A stretch of 64,000 bases of DNA from NCBI GenBank assembly GCA_964234715.1, contig OZ174282.1, one strand, 5' to 3'. How positions within the stretch are numbered: position 1 is the first letter of the stretch; each line of letters starts with the position of its first letter. A model generated the notes under the pieces. It made no database searches. It worked only from the letters and a program-made list of their open reading frames with translations, and had not been told where the DNA came from. The DNA is from Podarcis melisellensis. Taxonomy: Eukaryota. Shown here one piece after another: positions 25,027-36,449 of this stretch. A program made the translations under genes and the position numbers.

Positions 25027-25248
25027 CAGTGGTACCTCTGGTTACGAACTTAATTTGTTCCGAATGCCTATTCTTAACCTGAAACCATTCTTAACCTGAG
25101 GTACCACTTTAGCTAATGGGGCCTCCTGTGCAATTTCTGTTCTCATCCTGAGGTAAAGTTCTTAACCTGAGGTACTACTTCTGGGTTAGTGGAGTCCGTA
25201 ACCTGAAGTGTTTGTAACCTGAGGTGTTTGTAACCCAAGGTACCACTG
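25027..25248. mobile_element. Tc1/mariner (Tigger/pogo-like) MITE
   Basis: Terminal inverted repeat (TIR) CAGTGGTACCT...AGGTACCACTG flanked by TA on both sides. Confidence 0.88.
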
Positions 25249-26642
25249 TACCACTTGTGGGAATTGCAGGAGGAGTGATTGCTCTTATACTTGGGTCCTG
25301 CTTACAGGCTTCCCAGAGGCGTCTGTGTGGCCTCTGTGTGGACAGACTAACAGGGCCATTGGCTTTATCCAGCAGGCTCATCTTACCAGGTTGCTTTTCT
25401 CTATCATGCCACAAGAATAAAGAGGAAACAGTCTTTAAACTTGGCCCTTATTTTGGATTCTGCAAGCAGCTGGATCCCCCCTGAGAGACCTTACATTCTG
25501 TAGCTCAAGTTAAGTTCTGTATCTGTGGGGAAAAGTAATTTGGTTCTTCTCATTATCATTAAGATTAAATTTTTTTAAGTGTCTTCTCCAAAGAAAAAGA
25601 ACACCACTAGGTGGTAGACTTGCACCATGTAAACCCCTGCGTTTGTGAACCACTTTCTCTGAGAGTAAGACAGAATCCTTTCTATCTTGTAGTAAGCTAT
25701 TCTTTTAAAGTTTGTACTCACTGAGGAGAGCAGATAATTCTAATGAGGACCCCTAGCATTGCATATTATGGATAACATGCACCGTGGGTATCAGCCTTTT
25801 GTGAAAAAGTGTAGCAGGCATATTTGTGTGAGCTTTGCCCAATATTGTCCAATGAACTAATTATCTTTTAGACGATCTCTCACAATAATTAGTTGTCTGT
25901 CATCTTCTCTTCTAACCCCCATAACACTTTGAGTTGCAAAGAAATGTTTATAATCTAGTCCTTTGATGTGAGACTTCCAGTACAAGCCCTAAGCATATTT
26001 ACTCTGAAGTAAATCCCGATAATCTCAATGACTAAGGAAGTTTCCTATAGTTGCAGCCTTAACCAACTGGATTTTCATTCCTCTTCGCCCAAGGTAGTTC
26101 TGATGGTTAGCCTGTGACCCAATGACAAAAAACCTGTGATGTAATTTTATTTTTACAGCTGTCTGGGTTGTTATGCTAATCATCTTGGTAGCTTGTTTAG
26201 CTCATGCAAATAGTGATTATAAACACTGGATTATAAATAGATTTTCGAAAAATATTGTCTGTCTTCTTTTCACAAATTTGACCCTAGCTTACATCTTCTT
26301 AAAGCTAGGTTTTAACTTCAGTTAGTCTACTCTAAATCGGACTAGGATTGGGTACAACCCACAGTCATTTTGTGCTCATGATGGTATAAGGGCACCCCAC
26401 TTTCAATCCTGTTTGCACCTCCTAAATTTTCAGAGCACACATACTGCTTTGTTTACAATCAATGCGTGTCCTATAGCTCCCTGCTGAAATCCTGTAGCTT
26501 TTCATCACACAAACATTGCAAGGTTTTTCTGTCCTGGTATCCTGCAAGAGTGCACCTCCAGATGATGAAAGAGTGCCCCTCCCAATGTAATAACACCGGG
26601 TAAGAATAATGGGGCAAATATTAAAACTGCTAGAGCACTCCT

Positions 26643-26774
26643 GGATGGCTAATAGAGCACGAGACTCTTAATCCCAAGGGTGTGGGTTTGATCCCCACGT
26701 TGGGCAAAGGATTCTTGCAATGCAGGGAGTTGGACTAGGTGATGCTTGTGGTCCCTTCAAATTCTACAGTTCTG
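26643..26774 (+). mobile_element. SINE with tRNA-Lys(CTT)-like head and CR1 3' tail
   Basis: TAGAGCACGAGACTCTTAATCCCAAGGGTGTGGGTTTGATCCCCACGTTGGGC followed directly by the CR1 tail also seen at 59441-59507. Confidence 0.75.
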
Positions 26775-27016
26775 CAGCAAAGCTGAGTAGGGTCTGGCAT
26801 GGTTTCAAAATGGATGGGTGGCTGCATGTTGAGATTCCTGCATTGCAGAGGGTTAGATTAGATGATCCCTGGGGTCCCTTCCAACTTTACAATTCTGTGA
26901 TCTCCGAAAAGTTTGGACCGTCCAGTATAAATCCACCACTGACGCACTTTTATTGTGCCAATAAAACATGTTCCGGAACACACCAATAAAAAAGCCAACA
27001 AAAAAGTCAGGAGGGA

Positions 27017-27018
<2 letters not shown>

Positions 27019-27057
<39 letters not shown>
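27019..27057. repeat. (CA)n microsatellite
   Basis: Directly visible. Confidence 0.95.
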
Positions 27058-27061
<4 letters not shown>

Positions 27062-27360
27062 GGAATATGTTTAAGTATTAATTCTGGAAGGCTGTTGTCT
27101 TTCTGGGCAGATGCATGTTTCATCTGAACTTTGTGTTGTTCTCTTTGCCATACTTTCACTGTACTTTGCTTGCGTTGTATAATAACAATAATTATGATTT
27201 AAACTGTAAGCTGCATATACATTGGAACATAGGAAGCTGCCTTATGTTGAGTCAGACTACGTAGGTCCATCTAGCTCAGTATTGTCTACACAGACTGGCA
27301 GTGGCTCTCCAGTATTTCAGGCAGGAGTATCTCCTTAAACCTACCTGGAGATGCTGGGAA

Positions 27361-27731
27361 CAGGGGTGAACGAAGGTGTCGTGACACCCGGGGTGGGGCG
27401 TCGCTACGTAGGGTGCATGTGAGGTGTCACTATGTACAGCACATGCGCTGTACGTAGCAACGCTGCACATGTGCTGTACATAGCAGTTTGCTGGCGCCAC
27501 CGCTTCAGCACCATACAGATGGTGCCGGGATTGTTGGCGCCGCCGCACATGCACTTTACATAGTGGTTTGCCGCTGGCGCTGGGATCCTCTGCTCACAGC
27601 TGCAGCCACAAACAGAGGATCCTCCACATGCGGTTGTGGTAGGGCGAGCCCCTGTGGGGTGCCTTCTTGTCACCCCCCCAGACATGGCACCCGGGGCGAA
27701 CTCTCCCCCCCCCCCCGTTGCGATGCCACTG
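27361..27731. mobile_element. CpG-rich non-autonomous hAT element inserted in a SINE
   Basis: Exact 8-bp TSD GCTGGGAA (27353-27360, 27732-27739); CAG(G/T)GG termini. Confidence 0.8.
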
Positions 27732-28621
27732 GCTGGGAATTGAGCCTGGGACCTTCGGTTTGCAAGATAGCTCTATCACTGAGCTATGGCTCTTACTCTA
27801 GAGAGCTGAGAAATAAATTCCTCTATAATAAAAAGTAGGACTCTGTGAAGCAGAAGGAACTCCAAACAGGTGTAGCTTGTTAGCCAATAAACACCTGCCT
27901 AATCATAACAGAATTGACAACAGTTGCCTAGAATGGTGTTCAAACCTTGGAGGAAGACTCCCAACCTCTCAGAGGAAAGAACAGCTGCCAGGATTAAGGT
28001 TTTTGCCTTTTGCTGTTCTGGAGCATGGTTATGCTCATCAATTCAAAGCACAGTCCTGTTAAGAATCTTTTAGCTGTCTGACTCTTCACCTCTGAAATGT
28101 TCTTTATCAATGCATACTTATTTAGTTTTTAGTAAGCGGCGATCTCGCCCTTACTTCTGGATTAACAGATATAGGACTGAGGGTGTTAATCAGCTGCTGG
28201 CTCGGTGATTCTCGCAACAGCAAGTGAGTAATACCATGATGGCCCCATTTTACAGTTATCAAATGAACCAGAGAAGCTAAGCTGCTTCTTTCGAGCTGTG
28301 GTGTCAGCTGAGATTGTAGCTTTATGCTCCAAGAAGGATGTTTCCCTTATCCTTTCCCTGCTTTGGGCCTGTGACATGGGAATGCTGATTCCTTTAGGTT
28401 TAAACTTTGCTATTCAGCAAATGGATTAAGGAGAAGATAGCAGCAAGCAATGCACATCCTCTCAAAATCTGTTGAAATCCATGGCCAGTCAATGTAGACA
28501 GTATTGAGTTAAATGGTCTTGACTCATTATAAGGCAACTTCCTTTGTTCCTTTTTAAAAAACCTCTTAATTTAGAATAATGGGGGACTAGAATCTTATTT
28601 TTAGAACATCTCCTCTGCATG

Positions 28622-28917
28622 CAGACCCTCCAAGTGTTCCTATTTTTCCAGATTTACAGAAGCTGTCCCGTTTTCTGTTTTGATCCCGGATTGTCCTGCT
28701 TTTCCTTAGGACGTCCCTATTTTCATCAGAGAAATGTTGGAGGGTTAGGAGTTATGCCACCCATGAGCCAAGGAGGTAAATAACTATACAACCATTAGAA
28801 GACATCTGAAGGCAGCCGTGTATAGGGAAGTTTTGTTGATGTTTAATGTTTTATTATGTTTTAATAAATGTTGGAAGCCACCCAGAATGGCTGAAGCAGC
28901 CCAATCAGATGTGTGGG

Positions 28918-28960
<43 letters not shown>

Positions 28961-29018
28961 CATCATCATCATGGAATAGGATGTCCCTATTTTCATCAGA
29001 GAAAAGTTGGAAGGCATG
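28622..29018. mobile_element. Composite hAT-like MITE with a duplicated right end enclosing an L2 tail; simple form at about 52613-52742
   Basis: CA.ACCCTCCAA start; TAGGA(C/T)GTCCCTATTTTCATCAGAGAAA.GTTGGA.GG occurs twice; the host SINE resumes after it. Confidence 0.65.
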
Positions 29019-30042
29019 TGCACGCAGAAAGTCTCAGATTCTGTCCCCAACATCTCTAGGTATGGCTGGGAGAGTGAGCTCTGCCTGAAATCTGGGTGAG
29101 TTGCTGCCAGTCAGTGTGGGCAATACTGAGCTAGTTGGACCAATGGTCCGACTCTGTATAAGGCAACTTCCTATTAGCTTTGGCTATCAATCGGAGACAG
29201 CAAGGAGAGAAGCTTGTAGCTGCCTATGTATGTAAGGTTTTTTTTTGTCTGGCAAATAGTGTTGGGTACTGGACACAATTCTGAGTCCGAACCAATATAG
29301 TTAATATTGTTGAAAGGAATCGGCTTGGCAGTTAACAAACAGACAGTATTTTCATTCATTATTGAGAAACAAAATTTCTTTTTTGAACACATTTTGTACC
29401 CTGGGTATATATAGTCAGTGGAACGCACCCTTCTCCATTTTCCAATTTTGCCACCTACAAATAGGGTAGAAGATCTCAAGTGCCCATTTTTCACTCAGCC
29501 CCAGGGTGCTGCTGTTCTGCCGGTGCACGCATTGGTCTCAAATCCACTTTATGATTCTATCCTATTTACTTAATGTCAACTGTGGGGGTGGAATTGGTGG
29601 CTGAACATGGAAACTCCAGCACAAGCAAGGCATATGTCCAAATGTAGAAGCCTTGAAAGCAGTGGACATCACCTCTATGCTTTACCTCCACTGTCAGAGG
29701 CGTTAATGCCTCTGAATCCTAGTTAACAGGGAATTGCAGTTGGGCAGAGTGCTCTTGCACTCATGCCCTGCTGGCAGGCTTCTGAATCCCGGTTGCTGGA
29801 GACCACAGAGGGGGAGAGTGCTGTCAGAAGTCCTCCTTGAAGACTTCTGACATGCACCTGTCTGGCCACTGCGAGAAAAGGATGCTGAACTAGGTGGGGC
29901 ATTGGTTTAACTAAGCTGGCTTGTCTTAATGCCAGCACACCTGCTTTATGCCAGTAGTTCCTAAAAAACAAGGAAACCCTGGGGACATGGCACAGTTTTG
30001 GTGAATCTCTGCAGCTCTGGGATTTAAAAGGCAATAAACAAC

Positions 30043-30214
30043 AATTTTACTTTTAAAAGACAACTGAAGGCAGCCCTCTTTAGGGAAGTTTTTAATGTCT
30101 GATGCTGTACTGTTTTTAATATTCAGTTGGAAGCCACCCAGAGTGGCTGGGGAAACCCAGACAGATGGGCGGGGTATAAATAATAAATAAAACAACAACA
30201 ACAACAACAACAAC

Positions 30215-30269
<55 letters not shown>

Positions 30270-30270
30270 T
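30043..30270 (+). mobile_element. L2-type LINE 3' tail ending in (CAA)n(TAT)n; minus-strand copy at about 1212-1372
   Basis: GGAAGCCACCCAGAGTGGCTGGGGAAACCCAG..AGATGGGCGGGGTATAAATAATAAA followed by a microsatellite. Confidence 0.7.
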
Positions 30271-30567
30271 CCCCAGGAACAAAGGGATATCTTTTAAGTA
30301 TCTAGACCTGGAGCTAAAGCATTCACCACCCGTTTCCAGGGCAAAAGCTCTGTATCAGTCAATGACTCTCATACTTCACTCTTCTCAGGGTCGTGTTTCG
30401 TCTGGGGATTTTATAATCAGCGTTGTTGACACGTCTCTGGAATGAGGCTGAGGCATCTGCATTCCTTTCAAGACTGAGGGTTGGCGGGTGGGTGGGAGAG
30501 ATCTGGTGCATGCTTTAAGCAGGACTGCCTCCATGTTTGGGGACACTGGGTTGATGGGTGTTTATAC

Positions 30568-31302
30568 TATGGTTACCAGATTTTTTTTCAATGAATCCGG
30601 GGACACTTCTTCTTCTTCTTCTTTTTTTTTTTGAAGCTGAGTAGCAACAGGGAGTCAGTAGTGGGGATGGTGAGGCAAAAGACTCTGGGCCCAAGCACAC
30701 ATGCATATTGTATAAAGGTGCAAAGCCCTTCTTTCTCACCCTGTGAAACATAAATGCGCAGAGTTTTTTTTAAAAAAATCTGGGCAACAGTGTGCTGTGT
30801 GCCCGTGACTCCCAAGTTTTCCCCAATCTCCTGCCCCCTTCCCCCTTTGTTTTGACTGATCGGGGGAGGCTCGGGAGTCATGGGCGGGTGGCCGTTGCAC
30901 AGTTTTTTAAAAAAAACTCTGCACATTTATGTTTCACAGGGTGCGAAAGAAGGGCTTTGCACCGTGCCTGGCACAGAAACCGTGTGCCTTGTGCCCTCCC
31001 TGGGCAACGACCACCTGCCTGTGACCCCCGAGCCTCCCCCGATCAGTCAAAACAAAGGGGGAAGGGGGAAGGAGATCTGTACTGCCGGACGTCCACGGTT
31101 CCCCTTTGGCAGTGGCGGCAGCAGCGAGCAGCGAGCAGCTCCTGAAGCCAGCCAGAGCCAACTGCACTACCAGGCTGGCTCCGGGCTGCTGAGGCTGCCG
31201 CTGCCACATTTCCCGGGAACAGATTGGCAAATCTGGGGACATTCCAGGGATGGAATTTGTCTGGGGACAGATTTCCAAATCCGGGGATGTCTGGTAACCC
31301 TA
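30568..31302. mobile_element. Non-autonomous hAT element (735 bp)
   Basis: TIR TA(T/G)GGTTACCAGA; exact 8-bp TSD GTTTATAC at 30560-30567 and 31303-31310. Confidence 0.88.
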
Positions 31303-31362
31303 GTTTATACTGATGTCAAGACCTCCAGGCAGCAGACCTTCACCTCCTGACTATTCCTGTAA

Positions 31363-31708
31363 GGCCCCATCCACAATATGGATTTAAATCAGTATCCCAC
31401 CACTTTAAACAGCCATGGCTTCCCTCAAAGGCTCCTGCAAACTGTAGTAGTTCCTTAAGAAGTGCTGCAACTTGTCAGGGAACTCATATTCTCTTCACAG
31501 AGCTACAGTTTTCAAAGTACCCTGGGAAGATGGATGGATTTTTTAAAACCGCTATAGGAATTCCTGCTCACTGAGGGGAATAAGGGTCTCCTAAGAACTC
31601 TCAGCACCCATAACAAACTACAGTTCCCAGGATTCCTTGGGGGGTGGGAAGCCATGGGTGCTTAAAGTGGCATGATGCTGTTTCACATGCAAGGCGCAGA
31701 TGGGATCT
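31363..31708. mobile_element. Palindromic MITE-like family rich in AACTACAGTTCCC; relatives at about 24255-24420, 34690-34812, 37930-38085, 53020-53150
   Basis: Inverted ends (CCCATC.ACA...CACTTTAA..AGCCATGGCTTCCC and its reverse complement). Confidence 0.6.
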
Positions 31709-32004
31709 AAGTTGAGCTGTCTTTCAGGGCGCTGTCGAAACTTAAGATAGCAGGGGCCAATGAGATTTACTGTGTTAAAAAGAGAAGAAAGGCAGACGTC
31801 AGTCCTGCTGGGCTTTCGGGCCAAGGCAGCCTCTAAAGGATGCTGAGTGCTGATGCAAATCCTGCATCCTTTAGATCCCCTCCCCAAGTATTTTGCATTT
31901 CTCCCTTTTGATTCTTGCCTATTGATATTTTAGTTATAATGTGAGCAGCAGGGGAAGTAGGGCAGAGGGAAAGAGTGAGCGCTCGAAGAAAAACCGGGGG
32001 GAAA

Positions 32005-32196
32005 GGAAAGGGTGGTAGCTCAGTGGCAGAGCATTTGCCTTGCATGCAGAAGGCCCCGGATTCAATCCCCAGCATTTCCTGATAGGGTTGGGAGAGAACC
32101 CTGCCTGAAGCTGCAGAGAGCAGCTGCCAGTCAGTGCAGACAATACTGAGCTAGATGGACCAATGGGCCCCATCAGCAGAAGACAGCCTCCTATGT
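32005..32196 (+). mobile_element. tRNA-derived SINE (Squam2-like); related copies at about 17823-17999, 27224-27790(-), 28600-29175, 35675-36090(-), 44745-44895, 57170-57335
   Basis: GTAGCTCAGTGGCAGAGCAT..TGCATGCAGAAGG..GGATTCAATCCC head and GCTGCCAGTCAGTG..GACAATACTGAGCTAGATGGACCAATGG body. Confidence 0.7.
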
Positions 32197-32889
32197 AACA
32201 CAATTATGACTTCTTAGAGGTTCGTTTGAAAATGGATTCCCATTTTAGGAAATTCCTTCCTTTAGTTGGCAGGGGAAGCGGGGCCATAACTCTCTGGTGT
32301 TCTTGCAATATATTTGGTTGCAAGCATTTTCTCTTTTTAATTGGACACCTTCTGCGTATACTTTCCCAGGCTGCCACTTCCAAGCTGTTAAGCAACTCCA
32401 GTGCTCTGACTTGGAGGCGGGATGATTTACAGCTCTGTCTATGGGATGCTCAGCCTGATGCTAGGTGAGGGCAGAGCTATAATTTGCAAAGAGGTTTCTG
32501 GGCTCTGTAGCAGCGAGAGGGAACCTGATTGATGAGCAATTTGCTTGTTGCAACACCAGGAACTGGGGCTTTCTTGTAGTCCTCCTTACCAGGCAATGAA
32601 CTCCACATTTGTGGAGTGGGGAACGCGCTTGCACACAGCTTATTATGGACTTGGTGCCGATTACGCTCTAATGTTTTCTTCTTTTTGTACTGGCCACATG
32701 ATGTTGCCATCATCAAAATGCCATCTCGTGCTTTTTCTACATTTTGTCCAAATTTCAACTTTCTGCAGAAAACCCCCAAAGTAAAAAACAACCAGCTGTA
32801 CCTTGGCAGTCCCTGCCACTGTGGACAGTCCATAGCACATTCTTTTTTGGGTGGCCAGTTTGTCATGTGCCATGAGTGACTAGGAATGG

Positions 32890-33310
32890 CAGGGTGGGGG
32901 AGAGGAATCCAATCCAGTTTGCATTCAAAAGTGATCTTATCTAATTGGTGCTTTCTGAAACAATAAGCGAGCCAAAACACAGCCGTCCTTTGAAATTCAC
33001 ACTTCTTCGAATTTTGCATTGCGGTTTCTCCAGCCAACTACCGTGGACAAAAAATGTACACAGTAGGGTAAAGTGTGCATGAAAATGCATCTATCTGGTG
33101 AAAACAAATCACATATAAAACAGTTTTGCAAAAACGTGTATGTTAGAGAGAGTTGCATACAGAAGTGCGTACGTTTAGAAAAATTCACACTAGTTTGCTG
33201 TTGAATTATCATGGGTGGGTGGGTGTGGAATGCAAACAGTTGTGGAAATGTGGAGAACTGAACTTAACATTGGGATGGAAAATGAAAGACAGAAACTGAA
33301 ATGGACATAG
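32890..33310. repeat. Old interspersed repeat, probably DNA-transposon derived; relatives at about 20130-20440, 34945-35045, 38770-38975, 45960-46080, 60480-60845, 63095-63455
   Basis: Recurring block AAACACAGCC.TCCTT.GAAATT..CACTTCT with AT-rich arms. Confidence 0.55.
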
Positions 33311-33324
33311 TGGTGATGTTTCAG

Positions 33325-33643
33325 TAAGGTAAAGGTAAAGGGACCCCTGACCATTAGGTCCAGTCGTGGCTGACTCTGGGGTTGCGGTGCTCTTCTCGCT
33401 TTATTGGCCGAGGGAGCCGGCGTACAGCTTCCGTGTCATGTGGCCAGCATTACTAAGCCGCTTCTGGCAAACCAAAGCAGCGCACGGAAATGCCATTTAC
33501 CTTCCCGCCAGAGTGGTACCTATTTATCTACTTGCACTTTGACGTGTTTTCGAACTGCTAGGTTGGCAGGAGCAGGGACTGAGCAGCAGGAGCTCACCCC
33601 GTCACGGGGAATCGAACCGCCAACCTTCCGATCAGCAAGTCCT
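33325..33643 (-). mobile_element. Sauria SINE, 5'-truncated
   Basis: (AAAGGT)n tail on the + strand followed by the reverse complement of the same body as 6062-6407. Confidence 0.9.
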
Positions 33644-35050
33644 CTATTACCACACTCCGGCTTCTGTTTGCCGCTCATATGAGATTTGCACGAGACCTGT
33701 AATAATAAAATAAATGTCTGGGTCAGGGTCTGTTTATTGTCCTTTCCCCTTCAGTCCTTCTATAATTTCTTACCCTCTGCTTTCTTAACTTAAAGCACCC
33801 ATTATCCCTGTTGTGCTGCTGGTGTGTGCATGCCAAATGATTCCTCAGCCTCTTTTCACTTTTTTTTTAAAAAAACTTCTCCGAGAGTTTGCTGCAGCAG
33901 GCAGGGAGGAATATGAGATGGCCCCAAGTCCAGGCGTTGCAATAAGTAGATCTCCTCTTGCTGTGCTACAGATCCCCCTGCAAACCTCATTGCAAATTAT
34001 AGCTCTGTCTTGAACAAGCATTGTGATCTGCAGATGTGGTGATGGGAACTCATGGTGCCCAGAGCTCCTGGTTGTACTGTGGATAAAGAAGAAACAAGGT
34101 TCTCCATGTTGCTTCCTGCTATTAAAAAATAAAAACAAAACTTTCTTTGATATTGCAGGGACTCTTGGATGGGTTTGTTTTTGGTGAAAAGCGAGAAGGG
34201 GTTCAGGACTCTCCTGCCTTCAGCAATGCAATCTGATCCCTGGTTGCTTTAAGCTGAAGTTCTGTATCAGTTGGAAGATGAAGGCTGGGAATTGTTTTAA
34301 TGTATTGAAAGACTGGGAAGCCCCTCCCCACCCCACTCAGAGCACCGTGTAACCCCAGATCTTGCAGACAAGCAAACTGCCTTTTAATCCCCAAAACTAA
34401 CTGAGGGAGGAGTGACTGAGGAGGGCCAGGGCAAAACAACACACCAATAATATTTTCTGTCAATACTCCACCAGCTGGTGTAGGTGGCAAGCTGTGGAAT
34501 AACAATGAATATGATGACCAGGGGTGGGGAGAATGGGAGTCTGTATTCCAGGCCACCCACAAATAAACATCAAACCAGAGTTATATGTTGTGAGATATTG
34601 CCCTACTATGGAGATGGCCAATGTTGGAAGCTATACTTTACTGTTCTGCCAGTGGATTCACTCTTTCTAGAATAGTGTACATTCCATACAATATTTTTGG
34701 GAACTGTAGTTTTAGGGTGCTGGGAATGATACTTTAGTGAAATGGTAAACTATGGTTCCCAGGATTCTTTGGGGGAAGTCACGTGCTTTAAATGTATGGT
34801 ATGTATGCAGCCTAGCTTTTTGTTTTACCTGGCTATTGACAATGGGCACTCATGGGCAAAAGAATGTACCTGGAATGTGAGTCATGTATCCACCTGCCCA
34901 AGCGGAAACTGGGCCTTAGTTTTATTTGAGAGAAGTGCGTCTGTGAGAACTAGGAAAATTCAATTTAGTGCACATTATGAACCTGCCAAATCTGCACTTT
35001 GCAAAACGGTACACAAACTGAAACACAGCCAACCTTCAAAATCCTTTCTA

Positions 35051-35292
35051 CAGTGGTACCTCGTGTTACATATGCTTCAGGTTACATATGCTTCAGGTTA
35101 CAGACTCTGCTAACCCAGAAATAGTACCTCGGTTTAAGAACTTTGCTTCAGGATGAGAACAGAAATTGTGCTCTGGTGGCGTGGCAGCAGCAGGAGGCCC
35201 CATTAGCTAAAGTGGTGCTTCAGGTTAAGAACAGTTTCAGGTTAAGAACGGACCTCCAGAACGAATTAAGTACTTAACCCGAGGTACCACTG
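35051..35292. mobile_element. Tc1/mariner MITE, same family
   Basis: CAGTGGTACCTC TIRs, TA TSD. Confidence 0.88.
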
Positions 35293-35740
35293 TATTACTA
35301 TTACTATTATTAATTTTATTTATGGCTTTCAGTTTTATACATTTCAATAATTCTACAATCATTTTAACATTTCAAAACTCAACTTCCTTTGCCCTCTTTC
35401 TGCGGTTTCTTAACTTTGTTTTTTAATATATATTTCCTGCAGATTCTGCATTAGCTTAATTTACTCATTTATTCATCTATTTTAAATCTATCCTTTTATT
35501 TCTTATGTGTGTTCTCGTATTACAGTTTGAATGCCGTGAAATTAAAATGGCAACACAGTGAAACAGAATATAAAATATAAAAGAGGTAATTGAAAATCAA
35601 TATGAATATGTTCCCCGCCTGAACCACAACCGCAGAGACCACCTGAATAAAGCATGAAACTGGTGGCCCTGTAGGAATGTTAGAACCTGCCTTAGACCCA
35701 TTGGGCCATCTAGTTTAGTACTGTCTACACTGACTGGCAA

Positions 35741-36026
35741 GGGACGCAGGTGGCGCTGTGGGTTAAACCACAGAGCCTAGGACTTGCCGATTAGAAGGTT
35801 GGCGGTTTGAATCCCTGCGACGGGGTGAGCTCCCATTGCTCGGTCCCTGCTCCTGCCAACCTAGCAGTTCGAAAGCACATCAAAGTGCAAGTAGATAAAT
35901 AGGTACCACTCCAGCGGGAAGGTAAACGGTGTTTCCATGCGCTGCTCTGACTCACCAGAAGCGGCTTAGTCATGCTGGCCACATGACCTGGAAGCTGTAC
36001 GCCAGCTCCCTCAGCCAATAAAGCGA
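35741..36026 (+). mobile_element. Sauria SINE, 3'-truncated, lying inside an older tRNA-derived SINE
   Basis: Same head and body as 6062-6407; tail missing. Confidence 0.88.
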
Positions 36027-36449
36027 CCTGGAAATGCAGGGGGACCGAACCTGGGACCTTCTGCGTGCAAAGCAGATGCTCTACCACTAAACTTCTGCTC
36101 TACCCCATGAACTGAACACATGTTTTTTATACGGATATAATAAAGCTGCACGTATTCACTTTGTATACAGCTAAATACATGATTTGCATGCAGTACTGCC
36201 TATGTCTTGCTCAATCTCGTCTACTTTTACTGGCAAAGTATCTCCAAAGTCTCGGCAGCACCTGAGATCCTTTTAACCAGAGACACTGGGAGATTTAACC
36301 CGGGCTTTTCGACATGCAGAGCATTATGCTGCAGCACCGCACACACCCCTTAAAATAATAAATGTATAATAAGGATGCAGAATAAGCTTTCGATGCCAGA
36401 TGTTTGCGTTGAACTACTGCAGATATGAAAACCTGTTTTGTTTCTTTCC

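Larger units (their letters stand above)
22773..32762 (-). pseudogene. Candidate upstream exons of the same pseudogene: 22773-23908 (split by Rex1), 24512-24743, 25495-25522, 25605-25658, 25722-25795, 26064-26111, 26445-26541, 27966-28055, 28155-28409, 29400-29454, 30375-30473, 32590-32762
   Basis: Each is a non-repetitive segment with a minus-strand AG acceptor and (except 22773, which reads GAAGCG) a GT donor. Protein-like frames are broken mostly by TGA/TAA/TAG. Reading frames are ambiguous. Confidence 0.45.

Noticed and set aside
26653-26705. tRNA-Lys gene (likewise Ile-like at about 38352-38418 and Asn-like at about 55488-55560)
   Set aside because: Stems are degenerate and each is fused to a CR1 tail, so these are SINE heads rather than functional tRNAs.
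27276-27838. GC-rich overlapping ORFs resembling a CpG-island exon
   Set aside because: The GC-rich part lies within a hAT element bounded by an exact 8-bp TSD.
30515-31350. Several long ORFs with repeated peptide segments
   Set aside because: Explained by the inverted duplication inside a non-autonomous hAT element; no transposase motifs.
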